Sequence record: MK250016.1
Origin: Prevotella phage Lak-A1
Length of the DNA: 32,000 nt
Reading direction: 5' to 3' (one strand)
In this document: positions 26,109-32,000 of the stretch, in pieces
Layout: each line of letters opens with the position of its first letter
How positions within the stretch are numbered: the stretch's first letter is position 1
Program-made: the position numbers and the translations under genes
Notes under the pieces: model-generated
Databases searched by the model: none
Told to the model about the DNA's origin: nothing
What the model saw: the letters and a program-made list of their open reading frames with translations, nothing else

Positions 26109-26999
26109 TTACTTAATGTTGTTAGTAAGGTATTCTTCTAAATTATTATATAATGGTACTGCATAACGATCACATGTAATTTCTACATTACCATATCTAT
26201 AAAAATCTTTTTCACAAATAACAACAAGCTTTTTAGTTCTCGCGAATAATCCCAATTCCATCAAGGTAATAGGTGATTTACTTGTACCTAATATATTCAT
26301 TACAATAATATCAGATTCTTCCAAATGATCTAATTCCCAATTAACTTGATATGAAAATTCATCTGAATTATTATCAGGCCATGTATTTCTACGAGGATTA
26401 AATATTACGCATTTCTTATTATATTCATCTAATACTTTACAAAGGTATGTTTGCCAATCAACTGAATTTCCCATATCAATAGTTCCTGCAAGAAATATTT
26501 TAGGAACGTAGTAAAAATTAGATGGAATATTCTGTTCTTTACTATCTGGTTTTATTTCAAAGATATTTTTGTATTCAAACATATCATTATTTGTTATTTC
26601 ATTAATCTTTCCATTAAGATAATCTGCAATTTCTTCCAAATTATTCAAAACAATTCCGCCATTTTTCTGCACTAATTCAACTGTTGCCTTTAATGACTTA
26701 ACCTGAAACTTTTCCATTCCATCATATAATACGCAAAATAATGTCTATGATGGTTTCTTATTTGATAAATCAACCACTTCTGCAATAGAAAAACAACCTT
26801 GCATTTCTTTAGTGATTACAAACAAATTATAATCATCATTTTCTTTATGCCAGTTTTCTATTACCTAACAATCTTCAGTCCAATCATCAACAACAGGATT
26901 AAAATATGTTATATTAAACTTATCCAACATAGGCATTAACTATTCTCTCCATGTTGATTCTGCACATGTTCCTCCAAGGAATACATTATATTTTTCCAT
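26109..26999 (-). CDS. Tandem (fused) nucleoside 2-deoxyribosyltransferase-like protein, in-frame TAGs
   Basis: N domain MEKYNVFLGGTCAESTWRE(Q)LMPMLDKF...YNLFVITKEMQG; C domain VPKIFLAGTIDMGNSVDWQTYL...SPITLMELGLFARTKKLVVIC; one 891-nt frame when TAG is sense. Confidence 0.75.
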
Positions 27000-27043
27000 A
27001 TTAATTTAAACTATATAATTTTACATATATTATACATGTAAAA

Positions 27044-27502
27044 TCAATTAAAGTTTTTCATTACTCTATCAAGATTTCTCTTATTATCTTTTTCCTTAAT
27101 AGATTCTCTTTTATCATATTCTTTCTTACCCTTGCATAAAGCTATTTCTACCTTACAAAGACCTCTATCATTAATAAACATTCTTATAGGTACAATAGTT
27201 ATACCGGGAATTTTTGATTCCTTTCCAAGACGTTTAATTTCATTTTTATTAAGAAGAAGTTTTCGCGAACGACGTTCTTCCTGCTTAATATACCATCCTT
27301 TATCATAAGGAGCAACATATGAATTGTTCATCCATACTTCATTATTATTTTTTACATAACAAAATGTATCAACAAGAGAAGCTTTACCATCACGTATTGA
27401 CTTGATTTCTGTTCCTGTTAAAATAATACCTGCCGTAAATGTTTCTATAAATGAATAATCAAAATATGCTTTCTTATTCTTAATGTTTATATTTGTTTTC
27501 AT
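27044..27502 (-). CDS. smpB: SsrA-binding protein SmpB
   Basis: [42 protein letters not shown]...[13 protein letters not shown]...[13 protein letters not shown]...[18 protein letters not shown]. Confidence 0.93.
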   Translation of the reverse strand: MKTNINIKNKKAYFDYSFIETFTAGIILTGTEIKSIRDGKASLVDTFCYVKNNNEVWMNNSYVAPYDKGWYIKQEERRSRKLLLNKNEIKRLGKESKIPGITIVPIRMFINDRGLCKVEIALCKGKKEYDKRESIKEKDNKRNLDRVMKNFN

Positions 27503-27621
27503 AACAACTTCATTTTAATTAATTACACTATATATTATTTAATTAAATATAGATATTGTTTAAAATAATAATAGAGATTAACAATTTTTAATGAAATTAA
27601 TTGTTAATCTCTATTATTATT

Positions 27622-28320
27622 TTAATCTAATGTTATCGTCGCAATAGGAATAATATAACAATCTAATGTTTCAACTTGTGAATCTTTTATATCTTTCCAT
27701 GTTTTTATATTATTCCATGTATCATTTCTGTTTTCTAATCTTATATCACTTATAGTTTTATCAATATTATAATTATCTTTTAAACTATATGTAAATTCCA
27801 AAGATTTCTTATTATCAAATACTATTATATCATTTGATATAATTTCTTGTATATCTTTATCTTTTGGAATATTTATATTATTAAAATATTCTATTCCGTT
27901 TAATACTTTATCTGAATTATCTATTAATAATTGTAAATCATCTGCAGTTGCCATATTAAATTTCATATCATCAAGTTCTTCATTAAATAACTATTTCGTA
28001 TATGAATGGACAAATGATTTAAGTTCCTTTATAATATTCTTTTCTGATATTTTTTCATTCATATCAAATGAAACTTTAATTAAATATGGTGTTATCAATT
28101 TTAATGTTTTACAATTAGTTGATATATCTGCAATAATTCCAATAGGAATGAATCTTAAATTTATAAATCTATCATCTCCAACTTCCTAAATAATTGCCTG
28201 TTTATCTATTGTGTCATAATATAATATATCTCCTATACATGGAATCATAATACCACGCATATCATATTCTCGTTTCTTATTAAAAAGATTTTTATGTATA
28301 CTATTCTAAATTTCTTCCAT
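27622..28320 (-). CDS. Hypothetical protein, 232 aa, extends track ORF upstream through TAGs
   Basis: MEEI(Q)NSIHKNLFNKKREYDMRGIMIPCIGDILYYDTIDKQAII(Q)EVGDD...SYTK(Q)LFNEELDDMKFNMATAD...; 699 nt. Confidence 0.75.
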
Positions 28321-28326
28321 CTTATA

Positions 28327-28965
28327 TTAATTATATTGTAATGTGAACACTGGTAAAAATTCAACTCTTGTTAATGCTAATATATTCTCTATTTTTCTTT
28401 TTGAATTAATAACTGGTAACCATCTATAATACTTACCTTTATGTATAGAAAATAAGCCGCTTTTATACAATCTTTCAGTAAACTGTATAGATCTTTCTTC
28501 ACCCCATATAGTCTTAATAACATCAACTAATGTAGTTAAATTTTTATTAACAAAATCTAATAAAGCTATCTACGGTACCTAATATTTAAATGTTGTTAAA
28601 TCTATTACAGATGTTCTCTAATATTTATTACAATATCTATCAAACATATCTTTTAAATATGCTGATATAAAAGTCGGTTTTTCCATATAACGATATGGTA
28701 TTAATAAAGATTCACTTGTAAGGTAATTCTTCATTAATACATCAACTGTCATATCATTATTAACCTATACAACAATACCTACTATTGCTTTATCATCTTC
28801 TTTCCCACATCTATCTTTAGGTATAATATCAAAATTCTAATTACTATAATTAAATACAACAAGATCACCAAATTTAGGTTTCATTATGTTGTATAATGTA
28901 TCATCATAACTTTCATCTATGATATTATAAAATTCATCATCGAATACTTCATTAAACTTATGCAC
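28327..28965 (-). CDS. Hypothetical protein, ~212 aa, several in-frame TAGs, probable GTG start
   Basis: Recoded frame ...FNEVFDDEFYNIIDESYDDTLYNIMKPKFGDLVVFNYS(Q/N)...GLFSIHKGKYYRWLPVINSKRKIENILALTRVEFLPVFTLQYN TAA; absent from track. Confidence 0.7.
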
Positions 28966-28998
28966 AATTTATTCAATATAATAAATTTAATTTATTTA

Positions 28999-29538
28999 TT
29001 AATCGAATATTGTTTCTTGCATATCTTTTTCTGCAATAATAGATGCATTTTTAATATCATTCTTATGTGCATTTGCCCATGGAGTATCAATAAGTTCTAT
29101 ATTACCGCCAACTGTAATATTTTCTAATACACTTATATCACTAATAGGATTATTTGATGCAATAAAATTATTGTTAATTTTAGGAGCAATACCAGATATA
29201 TCAGAAATGTTACAATGATCACATATAAGAGAACCATAAATTTCTTTTGGACATCCATCTAATGATGTTAATTTTGGATTATTAAAAATATATACATTTC
29301 CTGTTACAATATCAGGGAAATTCTTTAAACTCTTTAATGATCCATAAGGTTCATCTGAAATATGACCATACCAATTTATAGATCCATTTACTTTATGAAT
29401 CTTCACAGGAAATTCATCATATTCCTTATCAAATATAATAATAGTTCCATCCACTATTATATTATTATACTCATCTTTGTACACATGTACATTCTTATCA
29501 TTGAGCATGTTTACTAATGTTAAAACTTCTTTATCCAT
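28999..29538 (-). CDS. LRR-like hypothetical protein
   Basis: SLKSLKNFPDIVTGNVYIFNNPKLTSLDGCPKEIYGSLICDHCNISDISG repeats. Confidence 0.65.
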   Translation of the reverse strand: MDKEVLTLVNMLNDKNVHVYKDEYNNIIVDGTIIIFDKEYDEFPVKIHKVNGSINWYGHISDEPYGSLKSLKNFPDIVTGNVYIFNNPKLTSLDGCPKEIYGSLICDHCNISDISGIAPKINNNFIASNNPISDISVLENITVGGNIELIDTPWANAHKNDIKNASIIAEKDMQETIFD

Positions 29539-29645
29539 AACGTATCATTTATTTAGTTTATTATTTATATATACAAAAATAGTCATAAGCAATAGAAAGA
29601 ATCTATCACCTATGACTATCGTGAAATTATTAATATGTTATTTTA

Positions 29646-30353
29646 TTACTCACTCTTTGCTTCATCTAGAAACTTCTGACGAAAATTAGTAGGACTCTTT
29701 GTTACACGAATACCTGCAGCATGTGTCGTAACATCAGTATCTGGGACAAATGCAGTAGTGTCCTCAGTTTCTTTCTTTGATGCATCCTCAATCTCTGTTT
29801 CAGTCATCTCAACCTCTGCAATTTTACCATCCTTTGCATAACGTGCCTTTGCCTCATTATAGCCTGCAAGATATGAACCTGGGTCTTTCTTAAAATGTTC
29901 TGCCTCCTGCTCAAGCAATGCCTTAACCATCTTAGTATTAATCATACCAGGATGTGAAACATACAATGAATGATCCAAAAGTTTCAAAGCCTTACCATAT
30001 GCAATTCTAACACCCAAATCTGCATCATGTGTATCACGTACACAACGTGTAGCAACACCAACAGAAAGCATCTTTGTAATAGGTGCAAGAACCTCATCAA
30101 CCTCATCAATAAACTTTTCTGTACTTGCAGGTACATACTCAATCTGTCCATTCTCTTCATTCAACACATTCTTTGCAGGAATCTCATACTCATCCTCTAC
30201 CATAACTGGACGTGTTACAACTGCATCATCATACTTCATTGGAATTGATACTGCTACCATTGTAAAATCACGAACCATTCCACGATAATCTGTAAACTTG
30301 CCTGTAAGCGTTTCGTACTTATACTCAGGCTTAAACTCTTTCTTATTTGCCAT
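29646..30353 (-). CDS. Hypothetical phage protein
   Basis: 235-aa ORF, less AT-biased codons than neighbours. Confidence 0.8.
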   Translation of the reverse strand: MANKKEFKPEYKYETLTGKFTDYRGMVRDFTMVAVSIPMKYDDAVVTRPVMVEDEYEIPAKNVLNEENGQIEYVPASTEKFIDEVDEVLAPITKMLSVGVATRCVRDTHDADLGVRIAYGKALKLLDHSLYVSHPGMINTKMVKALLEQEAEHFKKDPGSYLAGYNEAKARYAKDGKIAEVEMTETEIEDASKKETEDTTAFVPDTDVTTHAAGIRVTKSPTNFRQKFLDEAKSE

Positions 30354-30442
30354 TACAAAATTACATTAAATATTTAAAATAAAAAAATGTTTTATCTAAA
30401 AAACTTTATTATATATTAAAAAATAATAGATTTGTCTATGTT

Positions 30443-30733
30443 TTAATCAAAAAAACTTTTAATTTTCTCAATTAATGTACGTTTCTTTTTGAAATATACA
30501 TATGATGAAAAACTGGTATAAAACTTCCAACCTATTTTTTCATATTGTAGAACAAAATCTAAAAATTCAGCTCTTGTACATCCACTTATATTACATAATT
30601 TAAAAATGTCTACTACAAGAAACTCACGTTTATTTCTTTTTATTAAACGAACAACACCATTTGGAAAATTTGTAAAATTATTAGTCTTGATTTCCTCAAG
30701 CTGTTGCGATGTCATTTTTAATTGTGTTGCCAT
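30443..30733 (-). CDS. Hypothetical protein
   Basis: ORF. Confidence 0.65.
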   Translation of the reverse strand: MATQLKMTSQQLEEIKTNNFTNFPNGVVRLIKRNKREFLVVDIFKLCNISGCTRAEFLDFVLQYEKIGWKFYTSFSSYVYFKKKRTLIEKIKSFFD

Positions 30734-31166
30734 ATTTCTTACTATTTAAATCAAGACCTAATTGTCTACGAGTTGTTTGAATAATTGCCTTTATAATACA
30801 TGCAAGATAACTAAGTAAATCTGATGAATATAAACGATTTGTATGTGGATTAATTTCCTGATCAATAACATCATAACAATATGTAGTAAAATTATTAAAA
30901 TCACTATATGTTGTTACAAAATCAACAGTCAAAATCTTTGCACGAAGTTTCAATGAACATGATTTACTATCATTAATAAGATTAAACCAATGTGTCATAA
31001 ATGAGCCCATATCATGAATAAATTTATTCTTCAACATAGGATATTTCTTATCTACTTCTGTAATCATATCAACTAAAACAGGTAATGCTGAACTATCACT
31101 ATCGATATGTTTATTAATTGTATTTACAAGCTCATTAAAAGCATTTTCATTATAATTCTTTACCAT
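30696..31166 (-). CDS. Hypothetical protein
   Basis: ORF. Confidence 0.75.
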   Translation of the reverse strand: MVKNYNENAFNELVNTINKHIDSDSSALPVLVDMITEVDKKYPMLKNKFIHDMGSFMTHWFNLINDSKSCSLKLRAKILTVDFVTTYSDFNNFTTYCYDVIDQEINPHTNRLYSSDLLSYLACIIKAIIQTTRRQLGLDLNSKKYGNTIKNDIATA

Positions 31167-31316
31167 AAAATCAATTTTTAAATCAAATTTATATTATATA
31201 CTCTATATAAACTATTTTGTTTATAATAGAAATATTAATAATTACTAAACAAAATAACAGGGAGATTAAAATATAGTTAATTTCAATCTCCCATTATTTA
31301 ACAATTTAAAAATATA

Positions 31317-31847
31317 TTATGAACACATCGATTCTTTGAGCTTCATCAATGCAGGATTATCTGACATAACACATGAAGTTGAATTAACAGGTGTTTCTAC
31401 ACGTTTTGGGAATTTATCCTTATTCATCTCATTACGTTGCTTCTTATAATAATCACGAGAATGTGATTTCTTATCAGAACCAAACATATTATTAATTGCA
31501 TTAATACGATTTTTAACCAATTTCATTGCATCAAGTCCTGTACAATTCAACAACTTCTGAATTTTTTCAATAGTTTCCGAAAGAACTGCTGCATAACTCA
31601 ACTGCTTAATATCTGGAACAGAATTTTGCATAATGAAATATGCAGTTGTTGCTGTATCAATAAGTTCATCAAGCTGAGTCATTTGTTCAACCATTTTATC
31701 ATTCATTACTGCATAAACATTATCTACAATATTATATCCAGCATTAAATTCATCCCATGAAAACTTTACGGATGTACCATTTTCCTTAATAGTAATACCA
31801 TCCTTTTCCTTCTTTACAATACGAAGTTTCTTATTTTTAAAATTCAT
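31317..31847 (-). CDS. Hypothetical protein
   Basis: ORF. Confidence 0.75.
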   Translation of the reverse strand: MNFKNKKLRIVKKEKDGITIKENGTSVKFSWDEFNAGYNIVDNVYAVMNDKMVEQMTQLDELIDTATTAYFIMQNSVPDIKQLSYAAVLSETIEKIQKLLNCTGLDAMKLVKNRINAINNMFGSDKKSHSRDYYKKQRNEMNKDKFPKRVETPVNSTSCVMSDNPALMKLKESMCS

Positions 31848-31867
31848 AGTTAAATATTTTTAAATGA

Positions 31868-32000
31868 TTAGTAAATAATTCTACATGCATGAAGTAACAT
31901 ACACCAAGTCATTTCCATTGCATCGTCAAAAGACAAGTACATATCAGGTGGACATGCTTGCTTAACAGTATTTAAGAACCAGATTTTGAAATTGATTTCA
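31868..32000 (-). CDS. Hypothetical protein, C-terminal part (runs off window)
   Basis: ...IWFLNTVKQACPPDMYLSFDDAMEMTWCMLLHACRIIY TAA. Confidence 0.6.
   Translation of the reverse strand, partial: EINFKIWFLNTVKQACPPDMYLSFDDAMEMTWCMLLHACRIIY

Noticed and set aside
1-32000. CRISPR array
   Set aside because: No regularly spaced direct repeats. The repeated TTCGAA/GGATTCGAAC strings are tRNA T arms.

Overview
Very AT-rich window of a large phage genome. The host is probably a Bacteroidota/Prevotella-type bacterium. Nearly all genes lie on the minus strand. TAG behaves as a sense codon, most likely Gln (translation table 15): at least 12 ORFs read coherently through TAG, while TAA and TGA still terminate. 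The left part (1-11.4 kb) holds a nucleotide-metabolism/RNA block: PurC-like fragment, CoaD-like adenylyltransferase, RdgB/ITPase, Tmk-like kinase, HisG-like ATP phosphoribosyltransferase, RNA-ligase-like protein, MNT-like and ADP-ribosyltransferase-like proteins. The middle (11.4-21.4 kb) is a large tRNA array broken up by four free-standing homing endonucleases that the supplied track does not show because of in-frame TAGs. The right part holds dCMP deaminase, a conserved phage 'KEKFG-x-LRFY' protein split by a 371-aa LAGLIDADG intein, a fused double nucleoside 2-deoxyribosyltransferase-like protein, a phage SmpB and several hypotheticals. The strongest novelty candidate is that three tRNAs (about 12332-12517, 16387-16541, 19984-20147) are interrupted in the anticodon loop by 79-114 nt inserts of one shared architecture: short hairpin, ATTAAA-rich linker, then a tRNA-like domain whose 3' end abuts the 3' exon. 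Other points are a type II-bodied tRNA with a Trp (CCA) anticodon, tRNA-Ile(UAU), tRNAs with aberrant T arms, recurring promoter motifs and unexplained structured intergenic elements. Everything comes from reading the sequence by eye; no folding or database search was run.
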